Shown here in pieces: positions 23,847 to 36,457 of a stretch of 64,000 nucleotides of DNA. The notes under the pieces are model-generated. The model had not been told where the DNA came from. It saw only the letters and a program-made list of their open reading frames with translations, and did no database searches. The translations under genes were made by a program, and so were the position numbers. This stretch comes from Rhodosorus marinus CCMP1338. Its lineage: Eukaryota; Plantae; Rhodophyta. How positions within the stretch are numbered: position 1 is the first letter of the stretch; every line of letters starts with the position of its first letter. The stretch spans positions 1,178,001 to 1,242,000 of the forward strand of contig JAMWBK010000007.1 in the NCBI GenBank assembly GCA_029953675.1, given 5' to 3'.

Positions 23847-24893
23847 TTATTTGCTGGCTTCGGAAGTTGTCAGCTCCTTCACAAATGAGACTACTTCTCG
23901 AATGTTCTCGACACGTCTCTCTGGAGCGTCCTGGAAGACTTGATGGCCTCTTCCGGGAATCCTGACCAGTTTCTTCTTTCCGCTGACTTGAACCTCCTTC
24001 ATGATGAGCTCGGAGTTGGATATGCTTGAGCGTGTATCCTCTTCGTTGTGTAGGATGAGCAAGTTGCGCAGTTTCATATTTCCAAGCGTCGCCTCTACTC
24101 TATCAATAGCTTCGAACATAGACACTGCAAAGGCCAGACGCATCGGTTCTCCGTATCCGACGAGGGAGTCGTTTTGAGAAAGCTCTACCGCTACGGGATC
24201 TCCGAATGCTTCAGCCCAAGTCTTGCCAGACAAATCCTGCCCGGGAGGCACAGCAGTGGCAAACACGTTCCTCACAAGCCTCATGATGGTGAGCACGATC
24301 TTCGACGGAACGATTTCCTTGTTTGGTAGCAGCACAGGTCCACAAAGAACAACACCCTGAAACAGGTCCGCGAACCTTGGGTTTAGATTCAGGAGGAGAA
24401 CCAACAGCCCCCCAAAGGACTCCCCCAGTATGAAAATAGGTGCATCATCTGGCAGCGCCGACCGAAGACGGTCGAGAGCAGCCTCAATCTCTTCCAAAAA
24501 ATCCTCTGGACTTTTCCCATATGCTCGCAGCCCATCAATGTTATCGGACAGCCCGTGCGAAGGAAGGTCAATCGCGTGAACTTCGGTAAGGGCTTCCTGG
24601 CTCAGGTCACGAGCTAGCTCCCAGAACCAGGCAGAATGCCATAAGTAGCCGTGGACAATCAAGAGGCCAGATGCCGGGGTCCCTTCCGGCACCCTCCTCC
24701 TGTAGAAAATCTTCATGGACGGGTCCCTGGATGACGCAACATACTCTCCATTAAATCCCTCCCCAGAGTTTAGCGCCCCCATTCTTACTATGTTGCTTCG
24801 CCTGAGTCGGAAACAGCAACTCTCTTCATAGACCTTCAACCTGGGCTTTACTAGTCCCACACTGCAGACGAAACTCAAGCGCTTCACCTCCAT
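23847..24893 (-). CDS. Monoacylglycerol-lipase-like alpha/beta hydrolase, tandem paralogue; probably plastid-targeted
   Basis: HGYLWHS, DLPSHGLS, GESFGG, EEDTRSSISNS, GRGHQVF. High similarity to the hydrolase domain of 20091-21938. N-terminus MEVKRLSFVCSVG. Confidence 0.85.
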   Translation of the reverse strand: MEVKRLSFVCSVGLVKPRLKVYEESCCFRLRRSNIVRMGALNSGEGFNGEYVASSRDPSMKIFYRRRVPEGTPASGLLIVHGYLWHSAWFWELARDLSQEALTEVHAIDLPSHGLSDNIDGLRAYGKSPEDFLEEIEAALDRLRSALPDDAPIFILGESFGGLLVLLLNLNPRFADLFQGVVLCGPVLLPNKEIVPSKIVLTIMRLVRNVFATAVPPGQDLSGKTWAEAFGDPVAVELSQNDSLVGYGEPMRLAFAVSMFEAIDRVEATLGNMKLRNLLILHNEEDTRSSISNSELIMKEVQVSGKKKLVRIPGRGHQVFQDAPERRVENIREVVSFVKELTTSEASK

Positions 24894-25647
24894 ACTCAGA
24901 AATCATCACTGAGATCGCCTTTTAATCTTCACCTGGTCTGTTCATCAGATGAAGAAGTTTATATGCACAGGGCAGATCTCATCTGTCCCATCCGCGAAAC
25001 GAACAGCTTCCTTCAAATGAAAACTACTCAAACGTCTAGGAATGTGGGGTAGTGGCCCGCAACGTTTCTCACTCAAACACATTATGCAGACAACGCTCCA
25101 GATTTCCTGATTTCCGCCCTGTAAGAAGGCCGATGCTGAACAGTGGCAACCAACTTCGGGGCTATCCATCGCTCGATAGTCTAATCTCGGCCACTACTAA
25201 GCAACTCATACGGCTCGAATCCAACTTGATAAGTATTTTACCACACTATGTGAGGAGCAAGAATGGGGGGGGGGGGTGGTGGTAGTGCAGGGGTATCACT
25301 TCTATGAAAAACAGTCTATATCGTATATAGTCGGTACCGATTTTCCCATATCTATACTTATTTATTAATAAGACATATAGTTCTTTTAGGATTATAGCGT
25401 TTAAATCTTATTTATAGTCGTTTATTGTTTTAGATTAATGGGTTTTTGAACAGGGGTTGCCTCTTTAGAATCTGCACATGAGATGCAATCAGTTTGCGAA
25501 GCGGAATCGATCGATGACCGGCTGCTGTGACAGGCGATATTCAGGTTTGAGGAAACACACAGGCAATAGGGTTGATGGCGGTTCTAAGTAAGCGGAAGAG
25601 GCGCGGCTAGAGAGCCGCAAGGGTCGTGCTTGAGCACTTCGCTTTTC

Positions 25648-25848
25648 TCAGGGGTGCGATTTGTGGAAAGCTCCGTTTTTAATTAAATATTCCACCAATA
25701 TGAGCGTGCTTTTCAATGGCACAGTGGCCCATGATGCTCCATGTCTGAAGCAGGTTGAAAGCTTGGTATCCAATTTGACCAGCGAAGTAGCTTTGAGAGC
25801 ATTTCGCATATCTGGTGTTCGATGTTTCGCGAACAACTCTGAAGTCAT
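25648..25848 (-). pseudogene. ENTH/VHS-like domain fragment
   Basis: GASWATVPLKSTLILVEYLIKNG resembles the epsin ENTH consensus WRHVYKALTLLEYLIKNG. There is no complete ORF around it. Confidence 0.45.
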
Positions 25849-26143
25849 TGCGGAAATGGCCTTCCGTCAGATGGGCTGATCCTGTCCATATCCAACAGTT
25901 GCTCGGCCCCTCGACTTGGCTACGTAGGAATTGTTCTACCCGGACAGCACAATCTAAAATGCGCGAACATTGAACACTTGTTGGTCATATTGGCGCAGTG
26001 GCGTGTGAGACTGCCACCCACCATACCTGGGACAGGGCACTGAGTAAATACTGTTTATTACAATTCGTACATAAAGAGGGGTTTGTTAGTAGTTAGCAAC
26101 GGTAATAGCATGATACGGAAAATATCTGGAACAGTTTTTGTGA

Positions 26144-28803
26144 CTAATCCGAGGACAAGGATGCGATACCAAGTGGATTTGTCTCTCTATTCGAGGTGGT
26201 TCTAACGTCCGATACCCGTGTTTCACTTGATGACACAGGGTAGGCTGCCGAACTCGCCCCAAACCGGCACATTTTGTAACGATCGTCTTCTGGTCCCCTT
26301 CGAGCTAGTGCGTCCGTCGGAATGCCCCCACCGGTCCGGATGGTGAAGGGGCCATTTGACCCAGTACCGCTGTTGGTTATCTTGGCCTTCCAAATTACCC
26401 CGCGGTAGCCCATCCGAGTTCCGTGCCTCCTCTCGACGAAAGCAGTGAGGGCCTTCGCGTAACCGCTGTTCGAGTGGCGTCTCAGGCCTACGGACATGAA
26501 CGAGGAGTGCATCCATGTCATCTCGAACATCGTCGGATCAATAAATAGATCCCCGTCGGCGGTGACTAACGCGACTTGACCCACGTGATGGAACAGGAAT
26601 GCTGGTGGCATCATAGTGACTGGATCGTGGGCGTTGACCATTCTCCAGGTGCAAGGAACAACCGCGTCGTACTCCTTGACAAATTGGTGATTGCCTGCAC
26701 GCGGACTCCCGTAGGTGTACACGAAGACTCCCTCACCGGGATTCATGGTCTTCGCCGTGTCATAGCTGGACAGAGTGGCCAGAGCGCCACCTAAAGAGTG
26801 TCCAGTGAAGAAGATCGGGCGGGGTTCTAGGCTGTACAACCGCTCTAGCTCCTCCAGAATCCGCCTCCGAACTGTCTTGTACACGCGCATGAAACCAGCA
26901 TGCACTAGAGGTCTGGTAGGACTGCTCCAGCAGCGGGTTCCGTCCATTTCCGCGGCTGGTTGATCGTCCCACATGTGTTCTACGGGTACACGCCCTGTGC
27001 GCAGATCCGTTCCAACGTTCCGCGAAGACGAAGTGCCCCTAAAAGCCACAACAATACGGTCCTCCGCGGCAAGAACCAAGGCGTGCGTGTCCGTGGGCTG
27101 ATCCGAGATGTACGAGACCACCTTATTGTTGTTGTCCCCAAAGTCCTGTTCACGACGGAGATAACAACACATACACAGCCGTGAGTAGCCTGTCGTCTGT
27201 TCCCACGCCGTGCTTCCTAGCGATTGTGATTCACAGCCGTCAACCCACCCTCGGAGATCGAGCTTCCTTGTGATCCTTTCCGTACGAGTATGGAAGCCAT
27301 GCAAGGTTGAAGAGCATAATACAAGTTTCCATAACAAAGCTGGTCTTTTTAAACTTTGGATCGTGATGCCGTTCGAACACTCTGTACCTAAACAGGCTCT
27401 CGGTTGGCTGCAAAGATTCCAGGAAAGGACAGCCGCTTAGCTACGAATTTTCCACTTTCGGATGACTTGGACGTGATGAAACATACGTTGTGACTTTTCT
27501 TGTACCGACACCTGATCAGGTCCGTCAACGTTGGGGCCGACGCGGGTAGCATGAAGAACAGCTGCTGTAGAGCATACGCGGGGATGATCGTTAGGTAGCT
27601 CAGCCTTCCGGATGGAGGCCGAAACTGGTATACACCCTGATACTTGGCTACAAGTATCATCGTGTCGTTGCTCGAAAGCATTATGTTCAATGTCCCGAAA
27701 ACTGTCGTCAGGACAAAAGTCAGGGCCAAATAATAGCGGAACTGCCTGGAGACGAACATGAAACCGACCACCAGGACAGTAAGGGTTAGCTCTCAACCGT
27801 TGATCAGACCCTCCAAAAGCTCGCAACAATGGTCCCTCGATAGAGTTGGAAAGACTTACCTAAAGCCGATCTGGAGTGATCTGTAATCGAGGTAGTCCAG
27901 TGAACGGATGTATCTTGCAGTTACCGTCATTTCACAGGTAATGTACAGGACGACCATAAGCTCTGTGCAGAAATTTGCGACGAGCATGAAGAGGAGCCCC
28001 GGCGAGAAGCCGTCTTTGCTGAAGATGATTTCCATACCGGTAGCTAAGGATGACAGTGGCAGCCAATTCAAGTTGACGTTGAGGAGGAATGACACGGCAA
28101 TTCTTGTTACCATGAACATCCCTAGAATAAACATTTTCGGCCAGTACGTCCAGGGAAACCACTGTCCGCGTGGTGTTCTGAACGAAATAGCAGTCGACCA
28201 GATTTGGAAGAAGATCCCCGTGATTCCCAGACAAGAAGACAGCAACGTCGAAATACGGAGCACCGCCTTCCAAGATTGGTCATTAAGTACCAGTACTGGT
28301 AGGAACACAGTGTTGAAGAACGGAATGTAGATGACCGAGCATGATATCCCGAGGATAAATACATACGCCATTTCCCTCGTCCTCAGCGCCTTTGGGGTAG
28401 CCAAAACGACCACAGAATAGTACACGGTCATGAATGTAAGAGCGACCGCTACCATAATCTCCACGACGAACTCAAAAACTCTGTACCAGAAAGCCGGCTC
28501 AACAATCCAGTAAGTCTCTCCCCCAATCTGTTCTGGGCGTACCCAGATCGTATTTGCTAGAACAAGATAAACGATCGTAGAAATAACCATATAAACTGCC
28601 GAAACAACGTACAACAGCGTCACCTTCGTGAGCTCCGAAGCATGAAGAGTCTCAATCTTCAGTCTTGGCTCCGACACAATAGTCGGCATCGAAAGCCCAT
28701 ACGTTCCAAAACTAGTATCATCTGGAACAGGTATACCTGTGGAGTCATTCAGCTCCTCCAGAGTCAACTCTGGATCCGCTGCGGGCTTCTCTGAGTAATC
28801 CAT
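26144..28803 (-). CDS. Multi-TM (Wntless/TMEM181-like) domain plus class-3 lipase fusion, copy A, 4 exons, ~787 aa
   Basis: Exons 27860-28803, 27487-27745, 27249-27407 and 26144-27145 join in frame across GT-AG introns. About 8 hydrophobic helices. Lipase motifs VAFRGTSS, GFMRVY, FTGHSLGGALA, YTYGSPRAGN, DPVT, RHSN. Confidence 0.85.
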
Positions 28804-29919
28804 CGCTGTCTAACCCATTTAAAAATAATTTAACATTGCCTTCCCCAAGACAACCACTCCCAGCGCAACCACCCGGCTTTCAAACCGCCTGGTCTGCCCC
28901 GGCCCGCCCTACCCCTTTCCCTCCACCCACCCAAACCAGCAAATCCTGGACATCACCCCCGTTCCTTTCTTCACCTCCTTCCTTTCACGCTCAAAAACCC
29001 TCAGTTGTTCCTCAACTTATGATTAAGCCACATCGGTATCCACCCAAAACTTCCTTTCATCCGGTGCGCCTCCCTACCCAAACCCCCCGCCCACCTCCGT
29101 TCCCCACCCTCCCCACCACTATCAGCCCACGTAATCCAACCAACATTAGCCACGGCCAAATCAAACTATTCCCTTCACACCCTCTCCCCCCCCAACCAAA
29201 AAAGGTCAATTTTCAAAACAAAAAACCTAAAAAAACAAAGCCATAAAAAACACTCGCTCGCCCCCTACAACCTATCACCCCCCCCCCTTTTCTTAGAAAC
29301 GTGTTAAAACCCTCAAATTCTACATTTTCTCTGCTGGAAAAGCTGATAAATGAATCTAGCCTGAGTTTTCCGCCCATAAAGTTTGTAAAATACTAATTTC
29401 CACTAATACTATTTCGGGGTGGAGGGGTAGGGGAAGAAATTTGGTTGAAAAATCCATTATTTCTTAAATTTGTACTTATAATTTCTAAATTAAGTATGAT
29501 TATGTTCAATTATGGAAAATATAGTATGTAGTACATTATTTTATTGTATTCAATTTATTTATCGTATGTTGGTGGCGGATTTTTAGGTTGTTTTTTTGGT
29601 AGTGTCGTTGTTTTTGTTTTTTTTTCGGGTGTACGTTGATGTTGGTTTTTGTGCGCGGGGGGGTTTGCTTCGGCGGTGGGGGTGGGGGTGGTCTTTGTCA
29701 GTAGGGCACACTGGTGTGAAGAGTGCGCGAGTTTTGAGGGTTTGAGCCAACAATGTCTGGCTCCTCATCCTTCGTCTCCTGGAGGTACTGCTTGCATATT
29801 TGTATGAGAGCGTAGTATAAACAGTTCGGAAGCTTCGTTTACTCATATTTTGACGCCTTTTGCGTTTAGAATAGATAGGTTTGTTTGGCTTATGGTACAT
29901 GTACAGTTGTCCCTGTTTG

Positions 29920-32531
29920 CTATGGGACGTCCTTATTCGGGTCCGTGTCCTTGTCCTCGAACGCTACTGTTGAATGTGAAGGTCTGATATCTACTCGCCG
30001 CTCCAATTCTGAGCTCTGAGGCCACCCAAGCTTGGCTGACAACGTCTCCGCTCCTCCGCTGGAAACTAAGAACGAGGAGCTCATCGACGTGGATGGCGCC
30101 CGCCGTGAAGATGTCGGGATTATCGCGCTGAATAGGGTGCTTCTTTGTCCAAACTTAAAGGTATCCAATTCGTTCTTCCACACCGCGCATCGCGTTCGTA
30201 CTTTGAGCTCGTCCCGTCTCTCAACGAAGGCTGCGAGTGACTGCGCATATCCACTGTTCGAGTGAGTCGCAAGCCTGAAATTCGGCAGGATCGAGCGCGA
30301 TGCATGCATCCAACCCAGCTCGAACATGGTGGGGTCGATAAAGAGCTCCCCTTGCGCCGTAATCAGCGCTGCTTGTCCGACGTGCCGAAAATAAAGCGGC
30401 GGAGGCATCTTCGTCACCGGATCTTTGGCGTTGATGATCCTCCAAGTTCGCGGAACTCGCTCATTGTACAGGTTCGTAAATTGCTGGTTTCCAACTCTCG
30501 GACTGCCAAAAGTGTAGCAAAACAGTCCCTCTTCCGGCTCCATAGTTCTCGATAGATCATAGCTGCAGAGCGTACCCAGGGCGCCTCCTAAGGAATGTCC
30601 TGTGCAGAAGATCGGCCGCGGCTGTTTTTGGTAGAGTCTCTTCACTTCGGCGACGACAGCTGGTTGAACCGACAGGTAAGCATCCAAAAAGCCTCTGTGG
30701 ACCATCGGCCCTTTGTGCCCACACAAGTTGCTCCCCGTATTCTCGTCGGTGGTACCACCAGCTTCAGCGTGCAACTCCTCCAGGGGACCCATGGACGTCC
30801 TCAGGTCGGTCCCGACATTCCGAGTTGACGAAGTGCCCCTGAAGGCAACCACGATCCTATCGAAAGCAGCATAGACAACGGCATGGGTATCCGTCAAGTT
30901 GTCCGCTGCGTAGAGAGAAACGTTGTACTTTGAGCATCCAAAGTCCTGGACATCGCAGAATTTTGGATGGAGAACGAGATCAGCAAAGGGAAACAATCCA
31001 TTGCGCCAGATTGGAATTGCCATGCGTCGTATTACCATGGGCCTTCGCGTCTCCTTCTTGTGCTTCTTACCATAAGAATAGGCTAGCCATCCAAGATTGA
31101 ACAATGTGACACAGGTCTCCAACACAAAGCTATTCCGTTTGAACTGCGGCTGTCCCCGCTTCTCCAACGATCGATATCTGTACTGACCTTCTGTCGTCTG
31201 TTGCACGTGAAGAAAGCCATTAGTGGTGGAAAGTTGTGCAAGAGAGACGCGTCACAGACGTACGTTTTGAATCTGCTCATCGCGGCATCGAAGCAGGTCA
31301 GAAATGCTTCTGGCAGAGGCCGGTAGCATGTAGAACATTTGCTGGAGTGTGAATGCTGGTAAAACCGCAACGTACGCGAGGCGGCCGGAAGCTGGACGAA
31401 AGTTGTGGCGACCAGTGTACCTCGAGATCCCGTAGAGAACGTCAGTACTTATCAACGTCGCCGTTAATATGCCGAAAAGCGTCAGGAGCAACATCGTTAC
31501 GCCCAAGTAGGAACTGAACTGCCTACATACCCGAATAAACACGGATCACAACCATCAGCAAAACCATATTTCACCAATCGCATGCTCCACAACGTGCCAC
31601 GGCAAAGAGCTCACCTGAAACCGATTTGGAGAGATCTGTACTCGAGGTAGTTCAACCTTAGCAGATGTCGATAAGTTAAGACAAGTTCAAATATTAGGCA
31701 ACAAAGGATCCCGAACTCAAGCACCGCGTTTGCCCCGAGCAAGAATATGACATTTTCGCTGTAGGTTACGGTCTGGAGCCTCAATTTCATGAGCGCTACA
31801 ACCAGTGAACAAGCTGGAATCCAGTCAAAGTTGACCCGAATCACCGTAGATGCCAGAATTCTCGTCATAAAAAATACCGCAACAACGGCCATCTTTGGGT
31901 AGTAGGACAACGGCATCGACTGATGCCTCGGGAGACGGAAGGAGATAATTGTTGACCAGATATAGAAGATCATACCCGTCGCACCGAGACATCCCATGAG
32001 GATTGTCGATACTTCGATGTGGTTTGAGAGCATATCAAAGTTAAAATTGTCAACAGACTGGAAGGTGTTCTCCGTAAGCGGCACCATGATGCAGGTTACG
32101 GAAACTCCGAGCACGAGCACGAAAAGCATTTCTCGAGTTCGATTCTTCCTTGACTGCGAAAACACCGTAAGTGCGTAGAAGACTGTCGAGATCCCCGTGA
32201 AAAGGCACAAAATCGACTCAATGCTGAAGTCCACGATACGAAACCACTGCGGTGGATAATGGTACCAATAGGTACTACCGCCATCCAGCACTATAGACTG
32301 CAACCACAAAGTTTTCGACATTGTGAAGTAGAAAGTGTTATAAACAATCATGAACACAATAGATACCAGGAACAAAGCAGAGACACGACCGAGCTCACAG
32401 GCGTGTAGCGTTTCGATTTTCAGCATAGGCACGGATGCCGAGTGAACGACAGATTGTGCGTTCGACTCAATCTCATCACCGGTTGAGTCGAGGAGTTCCG
32501 AGTCTATAGTCAGCTGAAGCGTAGAGTTCAT
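29920..32531 (-). CDS. Multi-TM (Wntless/TMEM181-like) domain plus class-3 lipase fusion, copy B, 4 exons
   Basis: Exons 31615-32531, 31264-31522, 31036-31197, 29920-30945, with the same intron positions and phases as copy A. CTGHSLGGALG, FGSPRVGN, DPVT, THSN. Confidence 0.85.
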
Positions 32532-33065
32532 CCTTGAACCCTCTGAAACAAACACGAAGCCACAAGTTCGTTCAACCGCCTCGCCCGGCACCCTCGAGAC
32601 TGGGCCAACGTCCAGTTCCGAAGACTCACTCGCCTCCCCACAGTCCGCTCAAACTTTTCTCGACCCATTACAACCATACCAACCAACCTATTCACCACAT
32701 CCAAGCAACCTAAACACTTGATACTCATCTTTAAAAGATCAGGGCTTGGAGGCCTCGAACTCCGACAGAGCCTCAGCTCCACCCTACCAACCGGGGGCCG
32801 CACTTTTACACAATGACCTTCCCTCTTCCAAACCGATCATATCCATTGGCTAATCCCCCGGTACAGGGAATATAACTTTTCAAAATAATTCGGAAGCAAT
32901 TTCTATACTTAGAAATTCTCGATACTGTCAACAAAAAAGTATGAATATGAATGTGAACGTGAATGTGAATGTTCACTCACCTGACCAATACTTGGCTAAG
33001 TTTTTAATTAAAAGTATTCCAATATGTTTATGTGAATCTTGGAAATGATACCGATTCACAATGTT

Positions 33066-33220
33066 TTCATTTTAGCTTGTCTCCGTTTATTGATGTGTGC
33101 CTGATAGTTGAGATACTGGTGGGCGGTTTGGCCCTGTGATAACAGTGCATTCATCTTAGCCTGTCTCCGTTTGTTGATGTGTGCCTGATATTTGGTGGCC
33201 GGTTTTGGCCCCGCAATCAC
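33066..33220. repeat. Imperfect ~84-bp tandem duplication
   Basis: TTCATyTTAGCyTGTCTCCGTTTrTTGATGTGTGCCTGATA begins at both 33066 and 33150. Confidence 0.85.
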
Positions 33221-34391
33221 ACTATCGTGTATGGCAAGGTTGGTCGTTTTTTTGAAAGTATGTCTAAGCCATACAGGCTATATCTTCTTTAGCCATGCAA
33301 CCTGAATCTTTTTGGAAGCTCTTGCTGCAGTTGTGGAATCTTTCAGCCTTCTACCTTACGGGTCATCCTCTTAACTTCACCCAATCGCAATCCACAACTT
33401 GTATTGGCAGCGTTCTACTGTAACGAGGGAATTCAACGAAAAATTGTCAAAGCTGAAACCTTCACATTCAAAAAAAACTTTGGTTCTACAATCCAAGTCC
33501 CTCGTTAAAACTACTCGTGCTCCCACAACCACGACTACATATACCTATCGTTTATTCTTCTATCTTACTTAGGCCTCAAGTTAAGGTCATCATCGTTTCG
33601 ATGGGAAACCGCTTCTGCAGTTTACTATGCGCGTTCCAAGTTCACAGGCAAATTCAGGAAACATGTCATCACCACCTCGACGTGCAATCAACCTCGTGGT
33701 GCAACATTCCAAATTCTCGTTATTGCGTAATCATTCGCCCCCGAAACGACGACTTGTAGTTTGGGGTTTTGCCATATCCGCCAGATAAAAAAATACGCGT
33801 CCGAATACGTCCGATATTAGTTTAGTTTTTCTGAATCACGTAATAATTATTAAATTTATGCAGACGAGCGTCGGATATAGGTTTATTAGACTCGAATTGG
33901 AAACAAAAAATAGGTTTTATCTGATAGCTGTCGTGTAACGATCGATAGAAGTTACATATTCTTCAATCAACGACAGATGATGATTGGATATCAATCTTCT
34001 TCTTCGTGACACGGTGGACTTCTTCAAAATATTTCAACGTTCTGAAAAAGCACTGTGACGTCTCCACCTTCCAGCAATGTCCGGCTATGCAAAATTATGC
34101 TCGGGCTGTGCCAAAATCTCTGGAGGTGCAACACCCTTTTGAGCTTAATCGTTATTGCACATCCCGATGGAGCAAGAGTATAAGCACGATGGGCAAACTC
34201 GATATTCCCAGGTTAGCTGGAGAGAAGAAGGAAAAAGATAGAGAAGAAGAAGATAGAATTGGGATATATTACCTAATTTGGGAGTAATTAGGGGGGAGTA
34301 AAACCCGAAGTATGGAATAATTTGAGTAATACCCAGCTGGCAGTATGAGACGTGATAAGCACAAGATTGTGTATAACAGCCTGTTGAACTC

Positions 34392-34510
34392 AGAAGCAAT
34401 CATGATTTAATATATACGAGAGTGACAGCTTGTCATTCCGAGAAGTAATCATGATTCAATACTGGAACCGGAGATGATTGACGATTAGACTAATGGTCTG
34501 AATCAATATT
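34392..34510. repeat. Degenerate ~48-49-bp tandem repeat
   Basis: AGAAGyAATCATGATTyAATA at 34392 and 34441, with a third degenerate copy (CTGAATCAATAT) at ~34498. Confidence 0.55.
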
Positions 34511-36457
34511 GGACGGTTTATCGGACAGGTGTTTTCGACAACTTACAACCGCATGCTGACTAGTTTTGTACAAATATTCAATATTATATGTATTTTATCA
34601 TGGAGAGAATTTATCAGACGAGTCAGATAACGGTCATTGGACGGTTTTATGACTACCCTCCCCGTCTCCATCTGCTGTGACAACTGCAGGTTTTCCCGTT
34701 GGCGGAGCAGCCTGTGACCGTAGCTAGCTGTCTTGACTATTTGGATGACAATATGGAGGATGAGTTATATACGATCGCCTCCAAACCCCACCGGTACCAC
34801 TGTTCGCTGTATTTCTACATATGGGATAGTGTGTGATATGTCTCATGCTTGAAAAAGAGGATGGTAGAAATGGTTTGGAGAGGAGCAAGAAGTATTCGAA
34901 AGCTGGTTACCCCCTTTTTCATGGAGTTCTTGGGGAGCGGCCCGGTTAGTCAAGGAACGCAGCCCAGGGTCAATATTTTTTTTTTGGTTGTCCTCCACAT
35001 CACGCAGAGAGTGTAGATTATATTTTAGTTTTCCCATTGGTTAGCAAGCGGCGTCTGGACCCCGGGGAAGGTGGTCTTAAGTCAGCTTAGAGCGAACATA
35101 GAGTAGTGGTATTGCGCTGCGGTAGGTAGCTGCCGAATAAAGGCTACGGGGTTGGAGCCTTCGATTTCGAGAATTTCGTCGATTTTCGACTCCAGAGTTT
35201 CAGGTTTTGGTTACCTGTTAAGCTCGCCTACGTGGTTGCCTCGTCGCTACTCTACCGTCAACTTCCTTGTCAACCGCAGACTGTGCCGCTTAAGGTACCC
35301 TGCCGTTGCCGGCTTCGATTCTCCAGCTCGGTTGTTCTGACACTATAGGACACGCACAACCTGTCTTGCTCAAAAGCGTGAAAGAGAAATTGTCGTCTGA
35401 GCACATAACGTACAAGCTATTCTAGAGACCTCCTTGGTGGGGCCTGCAAAGAATGAACTTGGAATCTGTCGATGCGCTCGGAAACCTCGGAGGCGTAATA
35501 TGGCTACAGTCAAAACATAGCAAGGCTCTCAAAGCGCTGCTCGTCACTTCCGCGAGCTTAAGCGGCGAGGTGGGCGATCACCTTCCACTGTGCTCGGTCA
35601 ACCCCGGCCAGGAGTCGCTTTCATATGAATGAATCTGTTTAATCGTAGACTGAAAGAAAAACAGCCGAGCAGACTATGCGCGGCGAAGATATCGCGCCTC
35701 CAACATCAAAGCAGCGTTCATACGCCCCACAGCAAAGAAACTTAAAGGTGGAAACGAGCAGAGACGATCAGCTTTCGTGCCAAGGGGGGAGGGGACTCCC
35801 AAGATTTTGTGGTACCCCGCTTGAGAACTTCACTCTTTTCTACCCCTTTTTACAATGCCTCTATAAGGTTGACTGGCACTAGATTTATCCATTTACCCAA
35901 AACACTCCAAAAGCCAGTTCAGAATAGTAGATAAGATTGTTCAGGGGTTCTGAAAAAGCGCGGGAAGTTCATGTAGTTTGTGTTGCTTATTGTCCTCACA
36001 CCTCAGCTCTCAACCCTCTATATACAGTGGTTTCTGAGGTTTTCTTAGAGCTTTACCGTTATACACTATTTTACAATATTTTTGCACTCGTATTTGTTAT
36101 TGTGGTACCGCTCCAGGTGAGAGTGCCGCCCCCTTGGTTCGGCGGAACAACTCCCGAAGCCAACGAGAGCCAACGGAATCCATAAACCCAAAGCACTCAA
36201 CGACCAGAGGTACTAACAGGCGATGAGCTAGAGCCGAAGCACGAATGCCTAGGGAAGACAAAGCCCGCGCATAGTTCAACTTTCATACCCCGCGGATACT
36301 CAGGAAAGTGTTTCAGGGAGACTACTTTCTGGGTATGACTTAAGTTGCACTTCGTCACATCGATAGTGGTCTACTAATATTTAATATAGCCTATATAACC
36401 CTGTGCAACGATGAACTCGTCACCAAACTTGGCTCAAATCCTCCCATTGTCGGGCGA

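Noticed and set aside
28836-29246. Pro-rich and other low-complexity ORFs in C-rich or G-rich leaders (also 18313-18729 and 29583-29900)
   Set aside because: These are by-products of the promoter-associated strand skew and have no protein motifs.
33200-33430. Tyrosine recombinase remnant (CGLRLGEV and WLRHTF on the minus strand)
   Set aside because: The motifs are in different frames and far too close together (~45 codons; R-to-Y spacing 25 rather than ~32). Probably chance.
35090-35170. tRNA-like sequence (TAGAGTAGTGG and TTCGATT)
   Set aside because: The D and T stems do not pair and no cloverleaf can be built.
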